Positions 32,097-41,988 are shown, counted from the stretch's first letter. The stretch: DNA of 64,000 nt from Nitrospinaceae bacterium (GCA_046754465.1 JBHHVU010000011.1:11436-75435), one strand, 5' to 3'. Numbers and translations are program-made. Notes: generated from the sequence alone by a model not told the origin.

Positions 32097-33419
32097 TCAA
32101 GCCGTATTTCTCAAAACCCGCAAGTAGCCGAGTTTTTTGGGAAGATCCTTTTCCTCGCAGTAATTGTATCTAGCCAGGATTTTGACGTCGTTCAAGACCC
32201 TCTTACTGCCTTCAAAAATCACTTTTTGACAACCCTTGTCCGAGATGGCTCCACCGGCTTGTAACAGGCTCATGACCGATTTGGCGTTGTATTTTTCTCC
32301 ATCGACTATCAGAAAAAGATCTTCACCATGTTCCCTGGCAATCAGGGAAATATAAGTACATGGCCGGGCATGGAACCCAAGGGGTTGGGGAATGGGCACT
32401 TCGATTCGCGTGGTTTTTACGAATTGACCCAGCAGGCTGTCGGCGAGCTTGCTTCCTTCCCGGATAAAATGGAAACTGTAAAAAAAACCGAAATTGATGA
32501 TTTGGCGCAGCAATTCGCCCTTATCCACCAACTCTGAAATTTTGGATTTACATTCTCCTCGGCGGATTTCATCCTCGTGCCGTTCGTAAAAATGGCACAA
32601 CCAGAGCTCCGTTTCCAGAAGGTGAAGCGAAATGGAGACGTGTCCGCGCAGATTCTTGAAGTCCGGATGCTCCTGCTCCAGGTGGGTATTATGGATGTAG
32701 GTGTCATAATCTGACTGCACACTGTGGACCAGTTCCTTGAACATCCGCGATCTCTTTTCGTCGATCTTTCTGGGAATCAGTTTTTTCAGCGCTTCCAGAT
32801 CCTCAGTCGGTTTGATCTTGATTTTGTCCATCATTCCCGAAACTTTTTGTACTTTTTCACACAGGTCGATGATCCTTTCTTCAATATCCTTGACCTGATC
32901 CTCGGAGATATTCCGCGGCAGACGCTTGTTGGATTTAATATCCGAAAATTCATGGGGGGGAAGCAGTTCCGTTGGAATGGCCAGGCCATTGGCCCTCCCG
33001 GCGCAAAGGACTTCCTGATAAATACTAAACAGGGACCGGTTTAAAAAACTCAGGGCCTTCTGGGCATCGGCGCAAAATTGCTCCCCGATATCCTTGACCT
33101 CGCGAATATTATAATAAGGAAATCGCTCTAACAGGTGCTTGATAAAAAATGCGGAAAGTCCCAAGTTACGAATACACGCCACATATTCGGTGAAAAAATT
33201 CCATCTACGGTTTTCTCGGGCGCCATATTCATCCAAAAAACATTCAAAAATTTCCGCTTCCTGGATCAGGTTGGAATAAAATTTCCTGGAAATTTTCCCG
33301 TTATTTTCAAACCGCGCGGCGAAGGAATTATAAATCTTGAAAAAAAACGTGGAGGACTCCTGAACCAGCGGAAGAAATTCTTCTTCTGAAATGATTTTAA
33401 CGAGAGGTACGGGTTCCAT
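32097..33419 (-). CDS. Large helical domain fused to a C-terminal HPr phosphocarrier domain
   Basis: GFHARPCT (His15 motif) and YNAKSVMSLL (Ser46 motif) in the last ~105 aa. Confidence 0.75.
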   Translation of the reverse strand: MEPVPLVKIISEEEFLPLVQESSTFFFKIYNSFAARFENNGKISRKFYSNLIQEAEIFECFLDEYGARENRRWNFFTEYVACIRNLGLSAFFIKHLLERFPYYNIREVKDIGEQFCADAQKALSFLNRSLFSIYQEVLCAGRANGLAIPTELLPPHEFSDIKSNKRLPRNISEDQVKDIEERIIDLCEKVQKVSGMMDKIKIKPTEDLEALKKLIPRKIDEKRSRMFKELVHSVQSDYDTYIHNTHLEQEHPDFKNLRGHVSISLHLLETELWLCHFYERHEDEIRRGECKSKISELVDKGELLRQIINFGFFYSFHFIREGSKLADSLLGQFVKTTRIEVPIPQPLGFHARPCTYISLIAREHGEDLFLIVDGEKYNAKSVMSLLQAGGAISDKGCQKVIFEGSKRVLNDVKILARYNYCEEKDLPKKLGYLRVLRNTA

Positions 33420-33548
33420 AAAACTCTCCAGTCATCGGGCTCCGGGGGATCCTGGGCCGAAAAACACAATTCTTTCTTATCAAGGATTGTACCACCAAAT
33501 AGAGGGGATTTGAATGGCAAGGCCCCGGGGGCGCTTTTCCCCTTGCGG

Positions 33549-34148
33549 TCAATTGACCAGCATGCCGGAAAAAGCCCGGGACGGAAGATACTTCTGCCAA
33601 ATTTCCAAGTAGGATTTAGGACCCGAGGGAACACTGAATTGCAGGAACATGAATTCGGGTTTGGAAGGGGTATTGATCAATCGCATCCCGGTCTCCTTGA
33701 GGGTTTGATTGCCCTTTTTCAAATTACAAGGTTTGCAGGCCACTACCACATTGGTCCAGTTGGTTTGCCCCCCGCGGGATTTGGGGCGCACATGATCAAC
33801 GGTGAGGATATGATTGGAAACTCCGCAATACTGGCAGGTATATTTATCTCGCCGCAAAATATTTTTTTTGCTGAAAGCGACCCCTTTTTTACGATTCCGC
33901 CTCACCATTTTCAATACCCGGATGACGGCAGGGAGCTGAAAAGTCAGGGAGGGGGAACGCACCATGAATCCGTCGCTTTCCAGGTTTTCCGCGCGGCCGT
34001 TCAATACCATGATAATGGCGCGTTTGGCGGTGCAGAATTGCAGGGGTTCATAGGAATAATTGAGAACCAGAATTTTTATGGAATCCAACATAAGGCGGCC
34101 ACTCATCCCGGTGGTTCTGTTCGGAAAACTGTTCCGTTTCCGGATCAC
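33549..34148 (-). CDS. HNH endonuclease (McrA-like, HNH_5)
   Basis: VLNYSYEPL, NILRRDKYTCQYCG, TVDHVRPKSRGG, WTNVVVACKPCNLKKG; true start may be a later Met. Confidence 0.9.
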   Translation of the reverse strand: MIRKRNSFPNRTTGMSGRLMLDSIKILVLNYSYEPLQFCTAKRAIIMVLNGRAENLESDGFMVRSPSLTFQLPAVIRVLKMVRRNRKKGVAFSKKNILRRDKYTCQYCGVSNHILTVDHVRPKSRGGQTNWTNVVVACKPCNLKKGNQTLKETGMRLINTPSKPEFMFLQFSVPSGPKSYLEIWQKYLPSRAFSGMLVN

Positions 34149-34365
34149 TCCCCCGATAAAAGGCTGGAAACGGGAAATTCACCATTCTCGAAAAGTACTT
34201 CGCCTAATTATTTAAACCAAAATATCAGAATGGTTTGAACGAGTTTACAATCTACCTGTTCCCGCTGTCAATAGAATCCATGGGACGCGGCCCGGCGGCA
34301 CGGGCGCCCGCGCCAGACCCGCTGAAAGAATTTTCCGGAATCACCCGGCCCCACCCCGTTCGGGA

Positions 34366-35796
34366 TCAAAAAATATTTCCCCTTCCCAAACGCCCGGCGG
34401 GATCCAAAGTGGCTTTGATCTTTTTTAAATCCTCCAGTGCCGGGCCGCCCACCATCTTGGCGAAAAAGGGCTTTTTCAATTTTCCAACCCCGTGTTCGGC
34501 GGATATGGTTCCGTTCCAACGCAAAATACCTTCGACGAGCACCTCGTAGGTGGCTTGGGCGCGGTCCATTTCGCTTTTATCCGGCAGAAGGTTGATGTGC
34601 AAATGATTGTCCCCAAGATGGCCGAACATGACATAATCCAATCCGCTTTTGGCGAGTTCGCGCCGGTAAAAATGCATCATCTCCATAAAATATTGATCCG
34701 GCGCCGCCATGTCGGTGCCAATTTTAACCCGGCCCAGGCGGCTGTTTTCCTCGTTCACCATCACGGGAATATCGTGGCGGAAATCGTGGAACTTCTGAAC
34801 ATCCCGGGCAGTCCGGGCGAACCAGGAGTCATCCAGTAAAACCTCTTCCTTGCTGAGAAACTCGTACCAGGCCTCCAGGACCGGGTCGTAATCGCCCTGG
34901 CGAGCAACGTCCTGTTCAAAAAACAGGGCGGCCCGGGCGCGGCCGGGAATGTTGCCGTGTTTGACCTTCAGCCTTTGCAGGGAATAACGGTCAAAATATT
35001 CCAGGGAACAGGGAGCCAGGGGTGAAGTCCTCAAAGCCCGGAGCTTTTCCACCAAACGCCAGCAATCCTCTTCCTCACTGAAAAAAAGAATGCCGCTGAT
35101 GAAGTCCGCGGGACAGGGAAGCAGTTTCAAGCGGATTCGCGTGAACACTCCCAGGGTGCCGTCGGAACCGATGAAAAGGTCCAGCCAGTCCATTCCCGGC
35201 CGCACAAAATAGCCGGCAGCATTTTTACATTTGGGGCTGGTATACCGTATCTTGGGGAACGGAATTCGGGTGCCATCGTCCAGCGCCAGCGGGACGTTGA
35301 TGGTATTACCCCTGGACAGGGTCACTTGTTTCCCATCCGCCAAAACGATATCGGCCTCCAACACATAATCCCGGGTGGCCCCCAGTTTATAGCTTCGGGA
35401 TCCGGAGGCGTTGGTGGCCACCGTCCCGCCGATGGATGCGAGGGTTTCCGTAGGATTGGGAGGATAAAAATAAGGGGTGCCCAACAGGTGGCTCTGCAAA
35501 TCCGCCAGAGAGACGGCCGGGCCGACGTCGATCCAGGCGTCGGTGATTGGACCGAGGGATTGGAACCGTTCCAGGGAAATCACCACCCCTGAATTGGGAA
35601 TCCGGGAGGCGGTCAACCCTGTTCCTGCGCCCGCGATGGTGACGGGCCGGTCATTCGTTTTCAGGAAAGCAGCCAGTTCCCCGGCATTTTCGGGAATGAG
35701 GACCTCATCGGCATGGCCACCGGAATAATTGGAGGCGTCTTTCAGGTAAGGAGCAACGGTCTGGGGATCGCTTTTTCGTATCATCATCCTGCGCAT
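34366..35796 (-). CDS. FAD-linked 2-hydroxyacid oxidoreductase (GlcD/D-lactate dehydrogenase family)
   Basis: GAGTGL, ASIGGTVATNASG, IGSDGTLG, GHLGDNHLH, ISAEHGVG. Confidence 0.85.
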   Translation of the reverse strand: MRRMMIRKSDPQTVAPYLKDASNYSGGHADEVLIPENAGELAAFLKTNDRPVTIAGAGTGLTASRIPNSGVVISLERFQSLGPITDAWIDVGPAVSLADLQSHLLGTPYFYPPNPTETLASIGGTVATNASGSRSYKLGATRDYVLEADIVLADGKQVTLSRGNTINVPLALDDGTRIPFPKIRYTSPKCKNAAGYFVRPGMDWLDLFIGSDGTLGVFTRIRLKLLPCPADFISGILFFSEEEDCWRLVEKLRALRTSPLAPCSLEYFDRYSLQRLKVKHGNIPGRARAALFFEQDVARQGDYDPVLEAWYEFLSKEEVLLDDSWFARTARDVQKFHDFRHDIPVMVNEENSRLGRVKIGTDMAAPDQYFMEMMHFYRRELAKSGLDYVMFGHLGDNHLHINLLPDKSEMDRAQATYEVLVEGILRWNGTISAEHGVGKLKKPFFAKMVGGPALEDLKKIKATLDPAGRLGRGNIF

Positions 35797-35865
35797 GTTT
35801 CCTTGCGGGGTGAAGCGTATTCCACTTGGGGGAGTGGGAATCCCCGCTTGCGTTCACTCGGAAAG

Positions 35866-36462
35866 TCATTGCCGGGTCGATTCCATCAGGCCATCGGCCT
35901 GGGGCGGCAAAAACCCGCTATACCCATTATGCCGCTCGATGAGTTCAAGAACCGTATATACTTTTCCTTTCCTCATTTCCGGTTTGGTAAAGATCTGCCG
36001 TAAGTCGGTGCCGGGAGCCCCGACCACGGAACCGGCAAACTCGATTCCCCTGCCCCGCCAAACTGCAATTGCGGATTCAATGTTATCGACCCGAACGGCA
36101 ACATGGTGAAAACACCGGTCCCCATGGGTTTCCACCCATTGGGGAATCAGGCTGCCTTTTCCCCGTTCTCCCGCATAGGCCTGGTCGATGAAAAGGGCGG
36201 GAAACCCGGGTTTGCGGTAAACTTTCGCCCACCAGGTATCGAACTCCAGGATGCCGATCCCCTCGTCCCACCGGAACCCCAATTCGATCACTTCCCCGGC
36301 TCTAGTCTCCACATCCAGGGTGCGCAGGGTGCAATGGTCCACCAAGGGCATGAGCCCGACCCCGCATTCTGCCAGCGATTCCGCCAGCAGGCGGGCGGGC
36401 AAGTTGCCTTCCAGGTATTTTCCCAGATAACTGGAAAAAAATTGATCCACGGACTGGTTCAA
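35866..36462 (-). CDS. VOC-fold (DUF1338/HPPD-like) putative Fe(II) dioxygenase
   Basis: DHCTLRT, HHVAVRV, LRQIFT, ELIERH..GF...ADGLMEST; start at TTG 36462 after AAGGAG. Confidence 0.6.
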   Translation of the reverse strand: MNQSVDQFFSSYLGKYLEGNLPARLLAESLAECGVGLMPLVDHCTLRTLDVETRAGEVIELGFRWDEGIGILEFDTWWAKVYRKPGFPALFIDQAYAGERGKGSLIPQWVETHGDRCFHHVAVRVDNIESAIAVWRGRGIEFAGSVVGAPGTDLRQIFTKPEMRKGKVYTVLELIERHNGYSGFLPPQADGLMESTRQ

Positions 36463-36469
36463 GGCCCGC

Positions 36470-36646
36470 TCACTCCTTGGTTGAGTTTTCGCCGGATTTT
36501 TCAGCCGCTTTTTCTTCCAATTCTTTTCTCCGGATTTCCTCCAGACGCGCTTTCGGCTGTTCATTAATAAATTTTGCGTATTTCGGCAACATGAAAAGCA
36601 TAACCCCTGCAAAAACGATCCCCAGAATAAAAAAAACGGTTTCCAC
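36470..36646 (-). CDS. Small single-TM protein (58 aa), not in the ORF track
   Basis: AAGGAGG then GTG: METVFFILGIVFAGVMLFMLPKYAKFINEQPKARLEEIRRKELEEKAAEKSGENSTKE*. Confidence 0.65.
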   Translation of the reverse strand: METVFFILGIVFAGVMLFMLPKYAKFINEQPKARLEEIRRKELEEKAAEKSGENSTKE

Positions 36647-36726
36647 ACAACCTCCTTCAGGATGAAATCCAATCCTTCAAAGAATTAAAACTTCCCCGTG
36701 GGCCAGTCCCTTGCGGGCGGTGGAGG

Positions 36727-37050
36727 TTAGGGATCCATCCGGTCCATGGGGGACGAGAAATCCTTCAAGTTTTTATGGGGACTGGATGGGTTTTCCGCGC
36801 CTTCCTCCCAGCCCCTGGCTTTCATGCAATTCTCTATATACTGGTTGTAAGTGTCAAAATATTCCTGTCCCGTGAATAGCCCGGCTTCGTTCAAGGCCCC
36901 CGCCTGACAATAGCGGATATCCTCTTGCGCCCTTGATTGCTCCTCCGCCGGGATGGACCGTGGTTGTTTCCCGGCGCAGCCCGCCCCCATCAGCAGAAAA
37001 AACTGAATAGGGAGCAGGGTTTTCAAGGCGAATTTAATCCGGCAATCCAT
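36727..37050 (-). CDS. Hypothetical lipoprotein
   Basis: GAGC lipobox-like; C...CMKARGW disulfide-type motif; start uncertain. Confidence 0.5.
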   Translation of the reverse strand: MDCRIKFALKTLLPIQFFLLMGAGCAGKQPRSIPAEEQSRAQEDIRYCQAGALNEAGLFTGQEYFDTYNQYIENCMKARGWEEGAENPSSPHKNLKDFSSPMDRMDP

Positions 37051-37699
37051 GTTTGTCCAGTAACCTCATCGCCAGCACCTCCGCCTCCTCCAACTCGCCG
37101 CGGGAAAGAAGAGCGCGGATGTTTTCATTATAATAAATATTTTCAAGAAATCGTTTCCGGTCTTTGGCCGATTGAAGAACATCCCTTGCCTTTTTTCTCA
37201 CACGGTCTTGAAGATGGATTTGTAAAATATCCTCCTTGGAGATCAAGTCCTTAAAAATAGATTCGGCCTTTTGGCGAATCATTTTTGCCATCAAGGGACT
37301 CTTCCCGCCGGTTGAAACAGCGATCTGGACCGTATCCTCGAGGTTGATGACCGCGGGATGACTGAAGTCGCTGACGCCCGGGTCGTCCGCGGAGTAGGCG
37401 TAGCAGCGAAGTTGTTTCGCGGATTCCACGATTTTCCGGTTGAGTTGAAAATCGTCGGTAACTGCCATGACCAGGATCAACCGGTCGTATTCCATCAGAA
37501 ACCGGCCATCCTGCACCCGGTTTTTTTTCAAGGTGATTTTTCCTTCCCGGGCGCGCCGGGAGATGTCCTCGCAAACCGTTTCGGCGACCACCACCAGTTC
37601 GCAATCCTGGGTCAACAAGGCTTCGACCTTGCGGTGGGCTTCCCTGCCACCGCCCACCACCAGGGCCTGCTTTCCCTTGAGGTTCAAATCGATTATCAT
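37034..37699 (-). CDS. Precorrin-2 dehydrogenase / sirohydrochlorin ferrochelatase (CysG N-terminal/Met8-like)
   Basis: LVVGGGREAHRK, TDD..LN, ADDP..SDF..PA, IAVSTGGKSP. Confidence 0.9.
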   Translation of the reverse strand: MIIDLNLKGKQALVVGGGREAHRKVEALLTQDCELVVVAETVCEDISRRAREGKITLKKNRVQDGRFLMEYDRLILVMAVTDDFQLNRKIVESAKQLRCYAYSADDPGVSDFSHPAVINLEDTVQIAVSTGGKSPLMAKMIRQKAESIFKDLISKEDILQIHLQDRVRKKARDVLQSAKDRKRFLENIYYNENIRALLSRGELEEAEVLAMRLLDKHGLPD

Positions 37700-37705
37700 G
37701 GGCCA

Positions 37706-39283
37706 TTACTCCGGAAGCGTTGCGACGGCGAATTCCCTGGACGCCGTCACCTGAAAACAACTATCGATCAGTTTTTTTTCCGCATTGGCCCGGCCGACGG
37801 AATCCAGCATTTCCCGCCCCTCCCTGCACCTGTAAAACGGGAAGTCCAAAAGAAGCCGGCCCACGGTGGCGCGTGCGTGAACATATTCCTTGCGATCGAA
37901 CCCCAAATGCCGCACGTATTCCTCCGCTCGGTGCATCCGCCGCCATTGCCAATGGTCCCGCGGTTCGATATAGCCGTACCTGGAAAGAGAATGAACGATC
38001 GCGTCGGCCATGATGAGGTGACCATTGATGTTGGGATGGACGTGCTCGAGAAAAAAATTGTTTCCCACCAGCCCATGCGCCGAAGCTTGCTCGAACTCTT
38101 TTCCCATATCGATGACCAGGTCGTGGTTTCTCTCCCCCACCCGGCGGATAATCCGGTTGAATGTCAAACAGCCTCGAAGATGAACCCGATCCCATTCCCG
38201 CGCCTTCAAATACTCATCCCGGGCGCGCGAATAATCGCCCTGCATCTCAAGACCCCGGCCCAGTTCATAATGGGAAAAGGCATACTTCGGGTCCAGGGCC
38301 AGGCTTTTTTTCACCATGCGAACCCCCTCCTTAAAGTTCTTATTGTGCAGAGCCTTCAGGCCGTTTTGCAAATGAATAATTAACGCCCGCCGATCCCCGG
38401 GACTCAGTCGCGGATCGAGCTCGGACCGAAGGGGGGAAAAATCTTTCCAATTGGAAACCAGGGTAGAGAATACAATATCCACCCCTTTCCTCCTTCCAAG
38501 ATCGGCGATGGCTTGGAGGTTTCGTTCAAAATTCTTTTCAGAGGCTTCATGTTCCCGGGCTGTCCAGTGGAACTTATCTTTTCTCAACATGACCTTGAAC
38601 AGGTTGATCCCGCTATTTCGGGAAGGATCGGGTTTCCCGAAGGATTTGAGTTTCAGCAGGGCCAGTTCGTTCAGCAGAAAAAGCCGGGATGTGTGCAACC
38701 GCTGGATCGTGGTGATGAGAAACCGGTTTTGTCCCAGGTTGACGGTGGAATTGACCCCGAAATGGCCAATGAATTCATTGTGCCCGGAATAGACAATGAT
38801 CAGATCGGGGGACTGGTCGATGATTTGACGGACCACATCGAGCACACCAAAACTGCTCAGGGCGTCGTAACCGGCGTTAATGACCTCGATCTTGTGGTCC
38901 GGCAAAACATCGTGAAGGATTTCCTCCATGAATCCGCCGTAACTCATTTTCCGCCGGGAAAAAGGAAATCCTCGCGTGGTGGACGCGCCCACCAGAAAAA
39001 TCCGGTAAACCCCCGGGCTCTTTGGATGGGAAAATTCCGTGTCCTCGAACCAGGGATCATCGGAAAATATGGAACTGAGTTTGACGGGTAAATGGTGAAA
39101 ATAATGTAGGGCGATATATTGGCTATTAAGAGAAGACTTCTCCGCCTTGTCCGGCAATTTTCCCTCAATCACAAAATCAAAGTTTTTGCCAAAACCCACG
39201 GTTTGCAGGATCGCTTCAAGAAGAAGCATGAATACCAGGCTTAAAAAAACCACGGTTAAAGCGGAAAACCATTTTTTGTTCAT
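37706..39283 (-). CDS. Membrane-anchored SGNH/GDSL hydrolase with TPR
   Basis: RIFLVGASTTRG, EVINAG, YSGHNEF, EHVHPN..GH; TPR ALDPKYAFSHYELG. Confidence 0.75.
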   Translation of the reverse strand: MNKKWFSALTVVFLSLVFMLLLEAILQTVGFGKNFDFVIEGKLPDKAEKSSLNSQYIALHYFHHLPVKLSSIFSDDPWFEDTEFSHPKSPGVYRIFLVGASTTRGFPFSRRKMSYGGFMEEILHDVLPDHKIEVINAGYDALSSFGVLDVVRQIIDQSPDLIIVYSGHNEFIGHFGVNSTVNLGQNRFLITTIQRLHTSRLFLLNELALLKLKSFGKPDPSRNSGINLFKVMLRKDKFHWTAREHEASEKNFERNLQAIADLGRRKGVDIVFSTLVSNWKDFSPLRSELDPRLSPGDRRALIIHLQNGLKALHNKNFKEGVRMVKKSLALDPKYAFSHYELGRGLEMQGDYSRARDEYLKAREWDRVHLRGCLTFNRIIRRVGERNHDLVIDMGKEFEQASAHGLVGNNFFLEHVHPNINGHLIMADAIVHSLSRYGYIEPRDHWQWRRMHRAEEYVRHLGFDRKEYVHARATVGRLLLDFPFYRCREGREMLDSVGRANAEKKLIDSCFQVTASREFAVATLPE

Positions 39284-39532
39284 TCTCCCTATCCTGTTAC
39301 AAGAACCTTTCCCGGGGGGAAGGAAACTTTTCCAATTTTTATTTCCTTGATTTGTTCCCGGATCGTATCACAAGTCATGATTTTTTTTTGGTTTTGGTGG
39401 CATTGCCGGGGCAATTGAAATATAATTGACGCGTTGCGAAAATGGTCCAGGGGAAAGCGGAATTTCATTTCGGAGCCAGTCCAAACCGGTTTGGCCTGGG
39501 GCCTACCCCACCATGTTGCCGGAGGTCCTTTC

Positions 39533-39901
39533 ATGAAAATAAATTTTCGTTCAGTTATATTCCCTTTGTTTTCTATTCTGCTTACCGCCCTCTTTTTCCA
39601 CCTCCCCTTGAATGCCGCTGAAGAAATAACCGGTGGAGACATCTGGTTCAAGGACACCAAAAAATTCAAACACGTATTGTTCAGTCACGAAAAGCACCTT
39701 AAAGCCGGAAACAAGTGCGAAAACTGCCATGAAAAGATTTTTCATAAAAAGAAAGGCTCTAACGATAAAGAGAACGCCATCACCATGAAGGTGATTAAGA
39801 AGGGGAAATTTTGCGGAACCTGCCATAACGGCGAAACGGCCTTCAACGTCACCGGGCCCTACTGCAAGAAATGCCATGTGGGAACCCCAAAACAAAAATG
39901 A
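39533..39901 (+). CDS. Periplasmic triheme cytochrome c7-like
   Basis: Signal peptide; FSHEKH and three CxxCH (CENCH, CGTCH, CKKCH); ATG after GGAGG. Confidence 0.9.
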   Translation: MKINFRSVIFPLFSILLTALFFHLPLNAAEEITGGDIWFKDTKKFKHVLFSHEKHLKAGNKCENCHEKIFHKKKGSNDKENAITMKVIKKGKFCGTCHNGETAFNVTGPYCKKCHVGTPKQK

Positions 39902-39905
39902 ATGC

Positions 39906-40682
39906 GTGAAAGAAAATCACCTTCAATTTTCCTTGGCATTCCTATTATTTTCCCTGATCCCATTTTTTCCCGGTCCTGCTTTGGCCGTAACTGTTTCCGG
40001 CCCGCATTTTTCCTATTCCGTGGAAATTCTTCCTTTTGACGCCAAGGAAAAGGGGAAATATCATTTAAATATCATTCAACCCTATTCCTTCGCCCTTGCA
40101 ACCATCCAGAGATGCATGACATCCCTGGCTTACCAGAAAAAGATGGTCGCCTGGTCCAAAAAAAAACGGGTATTCAGTAATGCCGTGATCCTGCGGATGG
40201 CTCCGTTAATCGCCAAGTCGTTCACCCGGGCCGGACCCAATCAACGCGTGGTGTTCAAAATCATCAAATCCACCGGGAGAACCCTGCTCATGGGAGATAC
40301 CTTTTTGTCTTCGGAGGGCATGCATTGGCGCATCACCAATGTCAAACACAGCCAGAGACGGGTCGATGATTTTAGTATCATGGGCGACTCGTGGAGGCTT
40401 GTTCCCCGGAAGGGACAAAAATATAAAACCAAACAGCCTTATAAACATGTGGTCCAGAACGTCACCAACTGGATCATTTTCCCCCGTATCCGTCCCGTCG
40501 CCTCCAAGGTTCTCGAACCGCCGCCCCCCGTGGCCGCCGCCAAGGAAGAAAAAAAGATTCCCGTCACCAGCGAATCCGGCATCAAAGAAAGGCTAAAAAT
40601 TCTGGAAGACCTGAAACAGGAGGGGTTGATCAACGAGGAGGAATACCAGACCAAGCGGCGGAAAATTTTGCGGGATTTATGA
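39906..40682 (+). CDS. Exported protein with C-terminal SHOCT domain
   Basis: Signal peptide; IKERLKILEDLKQEGLINEEEYQTKRRKIL. Confidence 0.7.
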   Translation: MKENHLQFSLAFLLFSLIPFFPGPALAVTVSGPHFSYSVEILPFDAKEKGKYHLNIIQPYSFALATIQRCMTSLAYQKKMVAWSKKKRVFSNAVILRMAPLIAKSFTRAGPNQRVVFKIIKSTGRTLLMGDTFLSSEGMHWRITNVKHSQRRVDDFSIMGDSWRLVPRKGQKYKTKQPYKHVVQNVTNWIIFPRIRPVASKVLEPPPPVAAAKEEKKIPVTSESGIKERLKILEDLKQEGLINEEEYQTKRRKILRDL

Positions 40683-40686
40683 AATC

Positions 40687-40711
40687 CATCCCCCCCGGAA
40701 CGGGGGGGATG
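40687..40711. terminator. Hairpin between convergent genes (putative bidirectional terminator)
   Basis: GC-rich inverted repeat CATCCCCCCC..GGGGGGGATG. Confidence 0.55.
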
Positions 40712-40725
40712 TCTGGAGGGTTTGC

Positions 40726-41988
40726 TTAAAACATGGTTCGGATGACGACCGTATATTCGTTCTTTACCGGATCATTTCCCCGAACGTCGAACCGCATGGC
40801 AAATCCCATCTTGAAATTGTCCCTCAGATAGTACCAGATGGAAGGGGAGACTTTTGTCAAATCGAGGCTGGCAACATCATCGGAATTGATTTCGTCGTAT
40901 TGAAGCACGTAATACCAATCGTCCCGTTTATAGGCGCCGGCCAGCGTATAACCATGGAATTCCGCCTTGGTGGGCCCGGGAAGGGTGGCGATCTTAAAAT
41001 TATCGTCCCGCCCGAACTGATACACCCCCATCAGCTCTAGATTTGTTTTGAATCGAATATTGGCGGCAATGGTGTGGCGGAAGAAATCATTTTGTTGTTG
41101 CAACGCGGGGGTCCCGGCGGTTCCCAACCCGCCACTCGTATCCTGCCCTTGATAATACATATAGGAAATGCTGCTTCCTACGAACGGGCTTTTCACCGTA
41201 TTCGGAACTTCCAGCCGTAGCCCGCCCCATAGATTCTTGTCATTATCCGTATCGGTGGCGTCCTTTCCGTTATCCACGCCCCCAAACCAGACAAAGGGCC
41301 CCTTATAGCCATAGTATAAAATTCCCGGCCTGGAAGAACGGACGTTGGTCGAGTTTTCACCCCCTCCACCGGAAGATTTGACATTGAGGATATCCGATTT
41401 CTGCCAGATCCGTTTTCCATCGGAATAAGAAGAAAATTCCGACGGATTGATCAACCCCACCTGAAAATTCACAAACGTGTCATAAAGGTTGGTAAAGATC
41501 ACATGCGCAAACTCGGTTTCAAACTCATCGGTTTTGAACTCCGCTTCCACGAATATGGAAACATTTTTAAATAGCGATCCCGCCAGAAACAGGGCAAAAA
41601 AGTCCGCGTTACCAACATCAAAAGTATCTTCCAAAATCGAGTTTCTGGTTCGAGCGTTCGTTTTGTATTCCAGCGGAGTCAAACCGACCCTGGCTCCAAA
41701 CCAATTCCCAACCTGGTCGATCACCAGGTTTTCCGAAATTTCCTCCTTACCGACCGTGTCCCCATCCGGTGGTTCTCCCGGCCATTGGAATCCATTCCGA
41801 AAGAATAGTTCCCCAAAATAATTCAGCCTGGGAAACGCAGTGTGACAGGTGGTGCAGTCCACTTTGTATTTTCTGGCAAACTGAGAAAGACCTTCCGCCT
41901 TCTGGACAGGCAGCCCCCAGGCAATCACAAGGAGTAAAAGAAACCCCGTGGGAAAACTCGCCAAAACACCTTTTCGCCAAATTCTCAT
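40726..41988 (-). CDS. Cyc2-like fused monoheme cytochrome c / outer-membrane porin
   Basis: Signal peptide then SQFARKYKVDCTTCHTAFPRLNYFGELFFRNGF; amphipathic beta-strands; C-terminal Phe; 420 aa from ATG 41988. Confidence 0.75.
   Translation of the reverse strand: MRIWRKGVLASFPTGFLLLLVIAWGLPVQKAEGLSQFARKYKVDCTTCHTAFPRLNYFGELFFRNGFQWPGEPPDGDTVGKEEISENLVIDQVGNWFGARVGLTPLEYKTNARTRNSILEDTFDVGNADFFALFLAGSLFKNVSIFVEAEFKTDEFETEFAHVIFTNLYDTFVNFQVGLINPSEFSSYSDGKRIWQKSDILNVKSSGGGGENSTNVRSSRPGILYYGYKGPFVWFGGVDNGKDATDTDNDKNLWGGLRLEVPNTVKSPFVGSSISYMYYQGQDTSGGLGTAGTPALQQQNDFFRHTIAANIRFKTNLELMGVYQFGRDDNFKIATLPGPTKAEFHGYTLAGAYKRDDWYYVLQYDEINSDDVASLDLTKVSPSIWYYLRDNFKMGFAMRFDVRGNDPVKNEYTVVIRTMF

Noticed and set aside
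33549..34148. HNH nuclease as part of a defence system
   Set aside because: Solitary, widespread HNH_5 type with no adjacent methylase, ATPase or other defence gene
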